A stretch of DNA of 63,327 nt, filler included, from Octopus bimaculoides (Eukaryota): assembly GCF_001194135.2 (NCBI RefSeq). It is 7 parts of 7 records of this genome, joined end to end, with 100 filler letters (N's around TTAATTAATTAA, not from the genome) between each part and the next. Parts side by side here need not be neighbours in the genome. Positions count along the whole stretch, not along the records: positions 1 to 17,056 come from NC_068982.1; positions 17,157 to 41,082 come from NC_068999.1; 5 more parts are not named here. The stretch is one strand, 5' to 3'. Both the position numbers and the translations under genes were made by a program. The notes beneath the pieces are model-generated. The model saw nothing but the letters and a program-made list of their open reading frames with translations, did no database searches and was not told where the DNA came from. Of the stretch, positions 12,206 to 26,560 are shown piece after piece (the stretch's first letter is position 1; each line of letters begins with the position of its first letter).

Positions 12206-13005
12206 ATTTAGACATACGCTAGTAATAGTTTCTCATATCGATATAAGATCATACGTTTTGAGATTAGGCGGGGGTCAGTTTAATCGATACAAAACTGATT
12301 GGTATTATTTTGTCGCTCCATGAATAATGAAGCCTAATTCAATCTGAGGCTAAAACAACAACAATAACAATTAAAAACCGTCGTTTTATAAAATTCCGAT
12401 CGGAAAAGAGTGATGTCAATATAAATCACAGGAATGTGTGAAAGTGAAAGTGAAAGTAGATGCCAGTACTCAAGAACAGATGTTATTACTTAAAACTATC
12501 ATGCAAAACAATTTCTTCTGGTAGGCATAGTAATCACAGCAGATAACATTATATCACCGAAGGAAATTGGAGAAATTCTCCTCATCTAAAGGACTGGATA
12601 AAGAAATAGCCAGAACGTCGGCAATGAAAGCAGAAACAATCTATATAAAAATAGGTAGAATGTTTGATGAAATAAAATATATAATCAAACACCCAACGTT
12701 TAGACATACATTTTGCATACAAAAAAATAGTATTATTGGAAACATTACATAAATAGCAATAAAAAATATCACACATGTGTGCGCGCTCACACACACGCAT
12801 ACACAAATATAAACACACACACACACACACACACGTGCGCATTCACAAATACAAGCACATACTTACACACACAGAATCGAATGAAGCAACGCGGAAAGGA
12901 CGCAGGAAAGAAAGAGATTATTTCTAAACATACAAGACCAAAATTTGTTCGGAAAAGACAGCTAGAATAGACTGACCCCTAGTACATGAGCGTTATCTTA
13001 AATTA

Positions 13006-13170
13006 TTGGTTTCAAAATTTGGCACAAGGACAGCAAGTTCGGGGGCGGGGGTCAGTCGATTACATCGACCCCAGTAGTCAGCTGGTACTTATTTTATTGA
13101 ACCCAAAGAGATGAAAGGCAAAGTGGACCTCGGTGTAATTTCAATTCAGAATCCAAAGACGGACGAAACG
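13006..13170 (-). mobile_element. SINE family B, partial
   Basis: Core and tail align with the other copies. Confidence 0.75.
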
Positions 13171-13522
13171 TGTTGTCCATCGTTCTGACAATTATTAATC
13201 CTAAAATGATAAATGGTAAAATGTAACTTAATGCAAAGCACCGGAACAAATACCACAAGGCATTTTGTTCAACGCACTAACGATTTTACCAATAATAATA
13301 ATTGCTTTTACTTTAGGCATAAAAACTAGTAAATTACTAGGGGAGCNNNNNNNNNNAAATACTGATATGATTTTGTCCGATACTCCACCGATTCTTCCAG
13401 TCCAAAGATTTCTAACATGGGTGCTAGTTCACAAGTTTTTGGGACAAAGGATACTCCACTCCCCACAGTAGTTACACTAGTCTCTTTCTGTCGATGAGGT
13501 GATTATATTCTTTGGTCTGTTA

Positions 13523-13895
13523 TTACCTCCGCCCTCGCTAAGGCGGAGATATTGTTTTCAGTTGTCTTTGTTTGTTTGTTTGTTGGTCCGTGGACGAGAT
13601 ATCTCAAGAACCGATGGATGGATTCGAATGAAACTTTCAAGGATGTTTGGCCTCGTGACTGGCACGAACTGATTAGATTTTGGGATCGATCCGGCACCGG
13701 ACAAGGATTCTGGATTATTTTTCCTGTTTTTTTTCAGTTAATTTTTGAGAGTGGTCAGGTTCATTTTTAGTATTCTCGTTTATGAGTGCAGTCGAGATTA
13801 TTTCAGATGTTCTCATTTTAAAAATCATCTCCGGCTAATCGTTGAGAGGACGTTGGTGTTGCCTTGGCGGAGATTTGCGCTCTCCGAGTGCTCTT
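13523..13895 (+). mobile_element. Family D: DINE-1/HINE-like non-autonomous Helentron-type element
   Basis: 5' CTCCGCC-ctcgctaa-GGCGGAG hairpin, internal (TTTG)n, 3' subterminal GGCGGAG and GCGCTC-TCC-GAGTGC stem-loop. Second copy at 57185-57545. Confidence 0.6.
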
Positions 13896-13914
13896 GCTGC
13901 TGCTGTTGTTGTTG

Positions 13915-13984
<70 letters not shown>

Positions 13985-13987
<3 letters not shown>

Positions 13988-14608
13988 GACTGCAAGCTGG
14001 CAGAATCGTTAGCACGATGGACAAAATGCTTAGCAGTATTTCGCCCGTCGTTATGTTCTGAGTTCAAATTCTGCCGAGGTCGACTTTGCCTTTCATCCTT
14101 TCAGGGTCGATAAAATAAATATCAGTGAAACACTGGGGTCGATGTAATCGACTAATCCCTCTCCCTCAAAACTACTGCTCTGTGGCAAAATTTGAAACCA
14201 TTATCATTATTATTAAGGCGGCGAGCTGGCAGAATCGTTAGCGTGTCGGGCGAAATGCTAAGCGGTATTTCGTCCGTCGCTACGTTGAGTTCAAATTCCA
14301 CCGATGTCGACTTCGCCTTTTGTCTTTTCGGGGTCGATAAATTAAGTATCAGTGAAGCACTAGGGTCGATGTAATCGATTTAATCCCTTCACCCAAGCTG
14401 CCCTTGTGGCAAAAATTTGAAATCATTATTATTATTAAGACGGCGAGCTGACAGGATCGCTAGCATGCCAAAGGAAATGCTTAGCCGGGGTCGACTTTGA
14501 CTTTCATCTCTTCGGGGTCGATAAATTAAGTATCAGTGAAACACTGAGATCGATGTAATCGACTAGATCCTCCTCCACACTCCAGGTCCTGTGCCTATAG
14601 GAAAAAAG

Positions 14609-14610
<2 letters not shown>
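13985..14610 (+). mobile_element. Three tandem SINE family B copies (13985-14200, 14214-14424, 14436-14610) separated by short (TTA)n
   Basis: Head taag(a/g)cggcgagctg repeated three times, each followed by the core; the third copy is internally deleted. Confidence 0.85.
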
Positions 14611-14646
<36 letters not shown>

Positions 14647-15540
14647 TGATATTATTAGTTCGTCTGTCGTTGTCGACAATGACCAAGGATATCACATGGG
14701 AGAAGAAGACGTGGCACAGTGTGTCCGGTTGGGTCCTATCAGTCCGATGCGTGCTCAGAAAGCTCGATCGCAGGTCGAGCATTGGTGGTGTAAGTATGAG
14801 TTCAAGTGGTCTGACCTCCAGACCGGATCAGTTTGAATTATACTTATTTTATCGACTCTTGAATATCACAAATATAATCGATCGGAGCTGGGATTTGAAC
14901 TGAGACCGACCGACTAATTCTGCCCTCACTTCTTAGTAACTCTCACAATTCGCTTAGTCTGTTTAACTAGTTAGCTAGTATAATAAAACCAAACTGCAAA
15001 AAGGAAAAAAAAAAAAGGAAAAAAAAAGAGGTTAAACATTTATATTAGACTGTGGAATCTGTGGCAGTCTAAATCTACTGGCCAATCAGAACTGCTAATT
15101 AACACGACAATCACGTGACAAGGTAGCAGATTTCTTCCGTTCGTTTCTCATTAATTCGAATTCATCAGCGTCTAACAACAGACCCACAATCATTTTATGG
15201 ATTCTTTCGAGATGTTTATTGCCTTCGTATCTTTATAACACTAAGGGAGTTAATTTCTCGTTTTACTGTTTTTCACGACAGCCATCTTCATAATGACGAT
15301 GACGACAAGGAAGACGTCGACGAACATCATCATCATCATCATCATCATCNNNNNNNNNNNNNNNNNNNNNNNNNNNNNNNNNNNNNNNNNNNNNNNNNNN
15401 NNNNNNNNNNNNNNNNNNNNNNNNNNNNNNNNNNNNNNNNNNNNNNNNNNNNNNNNNNNNNNNNNNNNNNNNNNNNNNNNNNNNNNNNNNNNNNNNCATC
15501 ATCACCGTCGCCGTCGCCGCCGCTGCAATCACCACCACCG

Positions 15541-15606
<66 letters not shown>

Positions 15607-15799
15607 GATAGGAAGAGTGTGAAGTAATATTGTTCTGCCGACCATGTTCCAATGCGGAACGAGTAAATAATCTGTACAGAAGCAAGTATTAGCTTAGCGA
15701 CAGTATTTAAGGTTTTCATCAATCATTGTCAATTGTACTCTCTACAGAATCCGTAATTAACCATCCAGATCACATGCTTTGAACTACCTCAGTACGTAT

Positions 15800-15840
<41 letters not shown>

Positions 15841-16309
15841 GACATACATATAGACGGTGGACGACATCTAGCAAGCGAAAAATAAAATATATAAATTAAA
15901 CTGGAAAAGCACGGAGCAGCCGACTGTCCCAAGAACAACGTTCATCCGTTTATTTGTCAAAACTCGGGTGGATAAATTGTTTGTTAACTCGGAATTTTTT
16001 CCTTCTAACTTCATGGAAAACGTCTCTTGTATACTGCCAAAAGATCTATCTATCTATTTATCTCTCTCTGTTTATCTATCTACTGACACAAACACACACA
16101 CACACATACACACACAGAGTCACACACACAAGCACGAGTTAAACTTGTTTGGTCAGGCATCAGATCTGAGATCGTGTTACAGGACTAAAACATTTGCCTG
16201 TCAGAGCGTGGTAGCCATCAAAACGATTTACATATATATACACTGCTAAATCTACTCTTTATTTTATCATTCTTTTATAACACCGCTACTACTACTACTA
16301 CTACTAATC

Positions 16310-16515
16310 ATTTCTGCTATAGGCACAATGCTTGAAATTTTAGGGGAAGGAGCTAGTTGATTATAGTATTTGACTAGTATCTATTTTATCGACCCCGAAA
16401 GGATGAATGACAAAATCAACCTCTGCAGAATTTGAACTTCAGAGTGTAAGAACGGACGAAATACCGCTAAGTGTTTTGTCCAGCGTGCTAACGATTCTGC
16501 CGGCTCGCCGCCTTA
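16310..16515 (-). mobile_element. SINE family B
   Basis: Head, core and tail present; abuts (AAT)n at 16516-16644. Confidence 0.85.
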
Positions 16516-17056
<541 letters not shown>

Positions 17057-17156
17057 NNNNNNNNNNNNNNNNNNNNNNNNNNNNNNNNNNNNNNNNNNNN
17101 TTAATTAATTAANNNNNNNNNNNNNNNNNNNNNNNNNNNNNNNNNNNNNNNNNNNN

Positions 17157-17204
<48 letters not shown>

Positions 17205-17274
17205 ACATATATATATATACTACACATATATAATTGTATATATGTATGTATATATGTATATGTGTCTGTGTATA

Positions 17275-17330
<56 letters not shown>

Positions 17331-18495
17331 GACACATACACACATACTCGTAAGTATATCCAGCGTAGACACATAGATGTGCGCGCATTTTTATAACGTT
17401 GGGAGATCTATGCACAACAAACAGTGAGAAATATATATATACATACAAATACAGAGGTATACATTCACTAGAGAGGCGTTTATAAAGATAAGCATACACA
17501 CACCTCAATTGACAAAAGTACATGGCTTAAACTTAAACTGAGACGGGAAGTAAAATTTACAGATTTTTTTGTAACGTTCGCGTTTAATATTTTTTGGGGA
17601 AACATATGTGACAACGTGTTGCCACTGAGATAACTGCATATTCACCGAGACACACACGTTTGTGTGCATATATCTATATGTGTGTGTATGTGTATACACA
17701 CATACGTGCGTACACGCATTCACGTACACACGCACGCATAGATATATATATAAACGTATATGAAATCAGCTTTTGCATGTGTCTATACATTCTAACGTAT
17801 ACATATTATATATATATATTTACAAAGAAATACTAACCATGGAAACAATATTTGCAATATTTTTTTGAAGTACAAAATTCCTTGTAGCATATAAATTTAT
17901 GATTATTTTTAAGTAGATCAGAAACAAACTCCACCTATCACCACATGAAAAAATTTATATTCGTGCATGAATTTCTTATTGCAAAATATGATTTTGTACT
18001 CACGCATACCAATAATGCATTTGCAACCCTGGATCTACTGATAGCAGCAAATAGTTCTAAAAGCCATCTATATGTCAGACATAGAATCAATCGAAGCTGA
18101 AGTTGGATTAGTTAACAACAAACGAAATAAATACAAGCAAACTCATGATATCACCCTAGTGATTTACCTGTAAACCACAAAATATGGGCCAAATGTTATG
18201 TGCTAGCTCTGTTTTAGTTTCCACAACTTTTGTACAAATCAACTGCAAGTAGGATACGTTCAATTGTATGGAGGCATATATATATAAATATTAAAAATAT
18301 AACAATACAAATGATATGTGAGCATATGCATATATACATACATATATGTACATACCTACATCTACATGTATATATAGATGCATATCCGGGTTCTGCGATT
18401 TGAAGCGACAATTTATTACACTATGAGCCTTCCATAGTAACTTTCTCCCCCATCACCTAACTTACAAAGCTTTCTGCGTTTGTTTACAAATATGA

Positions 18496-18535
<40 letters not shown>

Positions 18536-19139
18536 CACATACACACACACATGTATGCATATATATGGAAAGACAGAGGGGGAAAGAGAGAAAGAATGAG
18601 ATCTAATCGATACATTACACCTAGCGTGAGAATTATTATTATTACATCAGATATGCTGTGTATAAACAATTGCCACACGTTTTTAGTGAAGTGTTTGCTA
18701 ACAGGGGACAATAATAAATGAAAAGTAAACAATATAAGTATAAGAATTTTACATTAACTCTAATGAAATAATAACAATAATAATAATAATTGTTTATAGA
18801 GGCTTACAGTTTTAGACTCATAGGCAAACGACATTGCTAAGCTGCTAGTTTTCTTTGTCTCTTTAATATATTTTTGACAGATATATATTTATCCGTAATA
18901 AACTGAATATCGTAGGACAATGGCTGTAATAGTTTTGCCGAAATATTTTTTCTCCTTAAAACTCCTGTTATTTGGAGGTGTAGTTGTATGTGTATCATTG
19001 GAATTTCAACATCAACCACAAGGTATTTTTGTATGCATGCATGTATGTATGTATGTATGTACGTATGTGCAGATTTGTATGTTTTATGTATGTATACTCA
19101 TACATATAGTTGCATACCTAGACATGCTCATATGTATTC

Positions 19140-19378
19140 TGGAAAGTTTTACAGAATTTTACAGTTCCGGAAATGGTTTGGATCTGTAGTTTTCGAATTA
19201 TCTTTCGCGTTTCTGGATTTGAGAAACCTAATTTCTCAAGATTGGTATTTAGGTAACGTGTTACATATCCCAGGGCCCCAATAATTACAGGTATAAACTT
19301 GAACTTGTAATCTGGATAGAGTAACTGCAGGTTTCTCAATAGTTCAGCGTATGTATTCTCTTTTTCATTGATCTTCAT
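19140..19378 (-). mobile_element. R4/Dong-like REL element C-terminus
   Basis: KENTYAELLRNLQLLYPDYKFKFIPVIIGALGYV...LEKLGF...LQIQTISGTVKFCKTF. Confidence 0.7.
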
Positions 19379-19519
19379 ATGTATGTATTTATGTATGTAT
19401 GTATGTATGCATGTATGTATGTATGTATGTATTCCTCTTCTATTTTTTTAATTATTATAAATCTTTCACTGAGGAGGGAGCCTGTTTCCAGCACAGGGCT
19501 CCATCTTTGGGATGTAGCT

Positions 19520-19890
19520 AACACAGACGAATTCACTTTTGGAAATTGAAAAAAGTTTTGCATATTTTTACTGTTCCACTCACAGATTGCACTTGCAATG
19601 TGCGAAGCAGCCGGTCAATGTCTCTTTCTGAAAATCCCAGTTTATCCAGATTCTCCTTTAAGCATTTACTAACAAAATCTAGTGCTCAAATCATTATTGA
19701 TTCTTCAAGAAGGGAGAGACAAGTTCGGTTCATTCTGACCGGATTCGCAAAATCCGGAAAGCACAAGAATAAATAATGTAAGGCATTTAGTTCAGTCTTC
19801 AACAATGTCTGTCCGACACCTGGCATCTTCTCTCTCCTCTAATGCAACAGTGCAATTAATTAAATGGAATTCTAGCGCATTATTTGCGTA
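19520..19890 (-). mobile_element. Second R4/Dong-like C-terminus, tandem to the previous one
   Basis: IMI*ALDFVSKCLKENLDKLGFSERDIDRLLRTLQVQSVSGTVKICKTFFNFQK*. Confidence 0.7.
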
Positions 19891-20296
19891 TAGTTAACGA
19901 AATCCCTGTGGAATTTGAACGCAAAACGAAAGAACAAAACCGGGGGAAAGGAAGACAGAATGAAATAAGGAAAGAGAAAGCGGGGAGAGAGTGTATGTGT
20001 GTGTGTGTGTGTGTGAGGGATGAGGGGTTGGGTGGAAAGTGAGGAAACTAAATATCATTTGGCATTTAGTCCGGTATTATCTCATTTCTGTCAACAACCG
20101 GAATTCTGAAACAATAATGGATACGGCAACGCTGACGACAGCGAAGATGGGGGCGACGGCGACGCTGCTGCTGCTGCTGCTGCTGCTGAATACAATTACG
20201 ATGATTATGATGATAATGATGATTATGATTATGATGATGTTGATGATGATGATGATGGTGAAGACTACGACGACGACGACGATGATTATGACTATA

Positions 20297-20335
<39 letters not shown>

Positions 20336-20344
20336 CTGATGGTG

Positions 20345-20377
<33 letters not shown>

Positions 20378-20509
20378 TTGATGATGATGTTAATGATGGT
20401 GGTGATGGTAGCAGTACAATGTTTATCTTTGAGGATTCCAATGGAAATTATATGCCATAGAGTACACTCTTTCTATCACTCTCTCTCACTCTACTCCTCC
20501 TCCCTCTCC

Positions 20510-20553
<44 letters not shown>

Positions 20554-21488
20554 NNNNNNNNNNNNNNNNNNNNNNNNNNNNNNNNNNNNNNNNNNNNNNN
20601 NNNNNNNNNNNNNNNNNNNNNNNNNNNNNNNNNNNNNNNNNNNNNNNNNNNNNNNNNNNNNNNNNNNNNNNNNNNNNNNNNNNNNNNNNNNNNNNNNNNN
20701 NNNNNNNNNNNNNNNNNNNNNNNNNNNNNNNNNNNNNNNNNNNNNNNNNNNNNNNNNNNNNNNNNNNNNNNNNNNNNNNNNNNNNNNNNNNNNNNNNNNN
20801 NNNNNNNNNNNNNNNNNNNNNNNNNNNNNNNNNNNNNNNNNNNNNNNNNNNNNNNNNNNNNNNNNNNNNNNNNNNNNNNNNNNNNNNNNNNNNNNNNNNN
20901 NNNNNNNNNNNNNNNNNNNNNNNNNNNNNNNNNNNNNNNNNNNNNNNNNNNNNNNNNNNNNNNNNNNNNNNNNNNNNNNNNNNNNNNNNNNNNNNNNNNN
21001 NNNNNNNNNNNNNNNNNNNNNNNNNNNNNNNNNNNNNNNNNNNNNNNNNNNNNNNNNNNNNNNNNNNNNNNNNNNNNNNNNNNNNNNNNNNNNNNNNNNN
21101 NNNNNNNNNNNNNNNNNNNNNNNNNNNNNNNNNNNNNNNNNNNNNNNNNNNNNNNNNNNNNNNNNNNNNNNNNNNNNNNNNNNNNNNNNNNNNNNNNNNN
21201 NNNNNNNNNNNNNNNNNNNNNNNNNNNNNNNNNNNNNNNNNNNNNNNNNNNNNNNNNNNNNNNNNNNNNNNNNNNNNNNNNNNNNNNNNNNNNNNNNNNN
21301 NNNNNNNNNNNNNNNNNNNNNNNNNNNNNNNNNNNNNNNNNNNNNNNNNNNNNNNNNNNNNNNNNNNNNNNNNNNNNNNNNNNNNNNNNNNNNNNNNNNN
21401 NNNNNNNNNNNNNNNNNNNNNNNNNNNNNNNNNNNNNNNNNNNNNNNNTTGTGGCTTGCTTTATTTTGCTGTTTTTTTTTACAGTTGC

Positions 21489-21522
<34 letters not shown>

Positions 21523-22619
21523 GGTGGTGGTGGTAGTGGTATTGGTGGTGATGTGAGTTATTTTTTCGTTATTTTGTTGTTGTTGTTGTTATTGTTGGTG
21601 GTGGTTGTTATTCTTGTCCACTTCTCATGTTGTTGATTTTGTTCTACATTACGAGTGAGCGTGAGAGTGTGTGTGGGTGTTTCTGTGTTTCAGTATATAT
21701 GTATGTATATATATATATATGCATATATTAGTGTATGTATGTATGTATGTATGTATGTATGTATGTATGTACATATCTATCTATCTATCTATCTATCTAT
21801 CTAGCTAGCTATCTATCTATCTAGCTATCTATCAATCTATTTATCTATATATATATATACAGCGTTGTGCAAAAGTAAGTATACAGTTATGAAAAAAAAA
21901 ACACGTACNNNNNNNNNNNNNNNNNNNNNNNNNNNNNNNNNNNNNNNNNNNNNNNNNNNNNNNNNNNNNNNNNNNNNNNNNNNNNNNNNNNNNNNNNNNN
22001 NNNNNNNNNNNNNNNNNNNNNNNNNNNNNNNNNNNNNNNNNNNNNNNNNNNNNNNNNNNNNNNNNNNNNNNNNNNNNNNNNNNNNNNNNNNNNNNNNNNN
22101 NNNNNNNNNNNNNNNNNNNNNNNNNNNNNNNNNNNNNNNNNNNNNNNNNNNNNNNNNNNNNNNNNNNNNNNNNNNNNNNNNNNNNNNNNNNNNNNNNNNN
22201 NNNNNNNNNNNNNNNNNNNNNNNNNNNNNNNNNNNNNNNNNNNNNNNNNNNNNNNNNNNNNNNNNNNNNNNNNNNNNNNNNNNNNNNNNNNNNNNNNNNN
22301 NNNNNNNNNNNNNNNNNNNNNNNNNNNNNNNNNNNNNNNNNNNNNNNNNNNNNNNNNNNNNNNNNNNNNNNNNNNNNNNNNNNNNNNNNNNNNNNNNNNN
22401 NNNNNNNNNNNNNNNNNNNNNNNNNNNNNNNNNNNNNNNNNNNNNNNNNNNNNNNNNNNNNNNNNNNNNNNNNNNNNNNNNNNNCGATCTGTATATATAT
22501 ATATATGCACATTCAACTGAAATATATGCAATACATCTCTTTTGTAGAGTTCATACATATTGACTTTTGAATGGAAAAGTTTAAGAGTGACTTCGAAGCT
22601 TCCGATTGCTCAATTCAGT

Positions 22620-23110
22620 CTTATCAGACATAGATATGTGTGTGTGTTATCACTCGCGCACTTGTGTGTGTACGCGTGTGTGATACTGAAATTAGTTAAA
22701 GTCAGAGGTGGATACACTATCTTCACTTTGCCAGAAAGGAAGACATACGAACTGTATGCTGCATTTAAAACACTCCCTTTTGTGTTTTTAATATGGCGTA
22801 TTCTCGCTGGATTAAAGTGTTGTAAAGTGTGTTCCTCCTGCCGTTGTTCTATAGTTGCCGTTTTACACTAGTAGCCACATTAGTTACTAGGCATCGGATA
22901 TCGTTCTATCTCCTCGTACTGGAATAGTAATACTCTAACTTCTTCTGTCTTACTATCGCTGATAGCTCCACAACACACCGACTAGAATTGTCGACTCTCA
23001 ACTCTTCGACTCTCGACCTCCTGTTGACGACTGGCTACTGGTCTATTTATAATGGCCGGGTGGGGTGTATAGTTTCACTTTACAGCGTTAAGAAAACAAA
23101 TACGCTGCTT
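22620..23110 (-). mobile_element. Possible solo-LTR-like repeat
   Basis: The minus strand has TATAAATAGA followed by purine-rich U3/R-like sequence. No TSD or TG...CA ends were confirmed. Confidence 0.2.
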
Positions 23111-24327
23111 ACTTATAGATTGTAAGCGGTACACAAGTGTACAGCAGCCGACTTGTTGAAAATGTCTGCTTTATAGAGTCGATAAACATACTAATAAGAT
23201 TCACTTAATCTTTTTTCCAGTCACATGTCTTGCCTACATTGATTCATAATACCATAGTTTTTCCCTGTTCGATTCTTAAAAAATCGTACTGTATCGGAGG
23301 AGTATACGCAAACCCCAACTATACTAAGGACCCTTTTAGTAGTATTTTAGGTCGCAGGACAAATCAGTGCACTGGTCCTTATAGTATTTATTCATTGACA
23401 ACAAACTACAAAATATATAGACTAGAAGGGGGACCTTAAATCCGTGCGGTCACAAATACATAGATTGGAATAAGGTCCCTAAACTTGTGCGGCCCCTGGG
23501 GCACTGTCTTTAAGATAGCATTGGTTGAAAATGTCTGTCTGCGCTATGTATTCAATAAACATGAAAATAGTAGCAAATGCTTTTTGAAGTTACCTTTAAC
23601 CGTCTTAAAGAAAGAAGGGTCCATATTTAATGTGGTCTTAAATATACTGAGTGTTAAGAAAGAAAAAAAGAAGAAAAAGACACAATGGATATAGCTGGAT
23701 TGTTATCGATCATGGATGAGTTCAACCTGACCTTTTCCCGAGTATAAACGACAGCAAAAACGTATTTGAAAATTCTATGCCCAGAGGTATTTGGAAACTT
23801 TCCATAATCCCCAATTTAAATACATTTCTAGAACGCTGTACAATTCTTCTTCGTTGACATCCATACTTTTTCCTCGGGCAATCTTCACTCATATCCTCCT
23901 ATGACCCCTTTGTAGAATGTTACGTAGATTGTAAAATAAATGGCAATACGACAGATGCTAATGAGCCAGATATCTCCAAGTATGTCCGCCATTACCGGAA
24001 GTAGGCTTGGTTGTTCTGTCTCCGTCGTTAACTACACTTTTTTTAAAATCGATTTCTACGATTGAAAACGCACGTTAGTAATGTTTTTAGATTCTTCTTC
24101 ATAAAAATATATCTATAAATAGAAAAAGAATATCAAACCCTTCGTATTCTTTTTAATAGAGCAGACCTCTAAACAATAGCGTTCCAGCGTGACCATCCTG
24201 TTCTTTTTACTGATATAACGCATCCAATGTTTTCTTCCTTACTACACAGTATAGGGTGTATGCCGAGGGACATTTGACTGCTATTAGCAGAAGATCGAGC
24301 GAATACTTAGTCACTTTCTTAAATCTT

Positions 24328-24580
24328 TTATCTTTTACTTCACTCAATCATTATACTGCGGCCATGCTGGGGCACCACCTTCAAGGATTGTTAGTTGAGC
24401 GAATCAACCCCAGTAGTTTTTAAAAATTTTACGCCTGGTACTTATTATATCGTTTACTTTCACCGAACCGCTAAGTTACAGGGATGTAAACACATTAACA
24501 CCGGTTGTCAAGCGGGGATAAACACAGACACAAAGTCACACACAAATATATATATATATATATATATACGACGGGCTTCT
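24328..24580 (-). mobile_element. SINE family C, 3' half
   Basis: ctgcggccatgctggggcacc...ccgaaccgctaagttac...tacgacgggcttc. Confidence 0.8.
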
Positions 24581-25447
24581 TAGGCAAATTTGTTGTTGAA
24601 AATGCACCTAAATTTGAAAAACTTGTAATTGTTTTGAAATGAATTTATTCACATATATACCAAACTAGTTTCAACAATATTTTATGTTTATCAATGGTAA
24701 AAATTTAGAATTATGAATTAGAAAAACATGTTTAAAAGTTTCGATGTTGAGAAGTTTTGATGTTGACAACAGACAAATTTAGAAGCATAAGTACGAGGAT
24801 TTCCTTCTGAGATTGGGATGAACAGTACTCGTCATTGTAGATGTGAAGGTGAGAAATTTCGATTTTCATCATTTACGATGATGACGACGACGACGACGTC
24901 AACGATGAGGATGAATAGCAGGATCAAGATGAGGAGGCGGAGGAGGAGGATAACAACAACAACAACAAATACAACACATAATAATAGTAGTAATAATAAT
25001 TTCTCATAGATTTGTATTTTTATCTTGTATCTTCATTGTTTAAATTATAATAATNNNNNNNNNNNNNNNNNNNNNNNNNNNNNNNNNNNNNNNNNNNNNN
25101 NNNNNNNNNNNNNNNNNNNNNNNNNNNNNNNNNNNNNNNNNNNNNNNNNNNNNNNNNNNNNNNNNNNNNNNNNNNNNNNNNNNNNNNNNNNNNNNNNNNN
25201 NNNNNNNNNNNNNNNNNNNNNNNNNNNNNNNNNNNNNNNNNNNNNNNNNNNNNNNNNNNNNNNNNNNNNNNNNNNNNNNNNNNNNNNNNNNNNNNNNNNN
25301 NNNNNNNNNNNNNNNNNNNNNNNNNNNNNNNNNNNNNNNNNNNNNNNNNNNNNNNNNNNNNNNNNNNNNNNNNNNNNNNNNNNNNNNNNNNNNNNNNNNN
25401 NNNNNNNNNNNNNNNNNNNNNNNNNNNNNNNNNNNNNNNNNNNNNNN

Positions 25448-25508
<61 letters not shown>

Positions 25509-25552
25509 ATGCGACACATGTTTGCGTACGTATGTCTGTGCGTAACTTAATC

Positions 25553-25590
<38 letters not shown>

Positions 25591-26095
25591 CACACATGCG
25601 TACACACGCGCATATTTATAATCCAGAAAATTTGTTTGGTCTGTCAATGCTAAAAGTAGACGATGTATTTTCATCACGAATTAAACCAGAGCTTTGTGTA
25701 TACCTACGTGTAGTATGTCTCCATTCACTCTGCCGACATCCGTATCTATATATATACATAAGCATATGTATATATGTATGCGTATGTATGTGCGTGTGTA
25801 CATGTATATATGTGTGTATGTGTTTGTTTGTATATGTTTATATGTATGCGTGTTTGTGTTTGTGTGTGTGTGGATATGAGAATCAATATCTGGTTATAAC
25901 CTTTCCTAACACCCAAGTGGCTTTCTCCAGTTTATTAGCAAAAATCAATAAGAGCCTGATGTAACAATTTATCGATCTTGACCAGAAGCACATTCCAATA
26001 GAATAGACTGCGATTTTATCTATAATTCATGTGTCATTGATCTTTGTCTACACCTTCTACACCCCCACCCTCACCGCCTTCCCGGTGATCAGACT

Positions 26096-26113
26096 TTGCT
26101 CCTGCTGCTGCTG

Positions 26114-26176
<63 letters not shown>

Positions 26177-26227
26177 TTGCTACTACTACTACTACTACTG
26201 CTACCGCTGCTGCTGCTGCTGCTGCTG

Positions 26228-26274
<47 letters not shown>

Positions 26275-26380
26275 TCCGCAACTACTACTACCACCACTAC
26301 TACTACTACTGCTACTACTACTACTACTACTACTGCTGTTGCTACTACTGCTGCTGCTTCCGCAACTACTATTACCGCTG

Positions 26381-26423
<43 letters not shown>

Positions 26424-26424
26424 A

Positions 26425-26470
<46 letters not shown>

Positions 26471-26560
26471 TTACTATTATAACTACAAATGTTGCTGCTG
26501 CTGTTGCTACTACTACTACTACTACTGCTGTTGTCACGGCTGCTGCCGTTGCTGCTGCTG
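26096..26560. repeat. Compound (CTA)n/(CTG)n microsatellite
   Basis: Direct reading; this is the source of the poly-L/Y/C/V ORFs. Confidence 0.95.

Noticed and set aside
17101-17112. TTAATTAATTAA inside N-runs (also 41127, 47256, 49393, 53140, 60821)
   Set aside because: Always 44 N + 12 nt + 44 N = 100 bp, with stops in all six frames. This is an assembly spacer, not biology.
20039-21556. Long ORFs rich in X or homopolymeric amino acids (also 26031-27075, 29607-30937, 33243-36101, 38447-40270, 61875-62954)
   Set aside because: Products of N-gaps and microsatellites; no coding signal.
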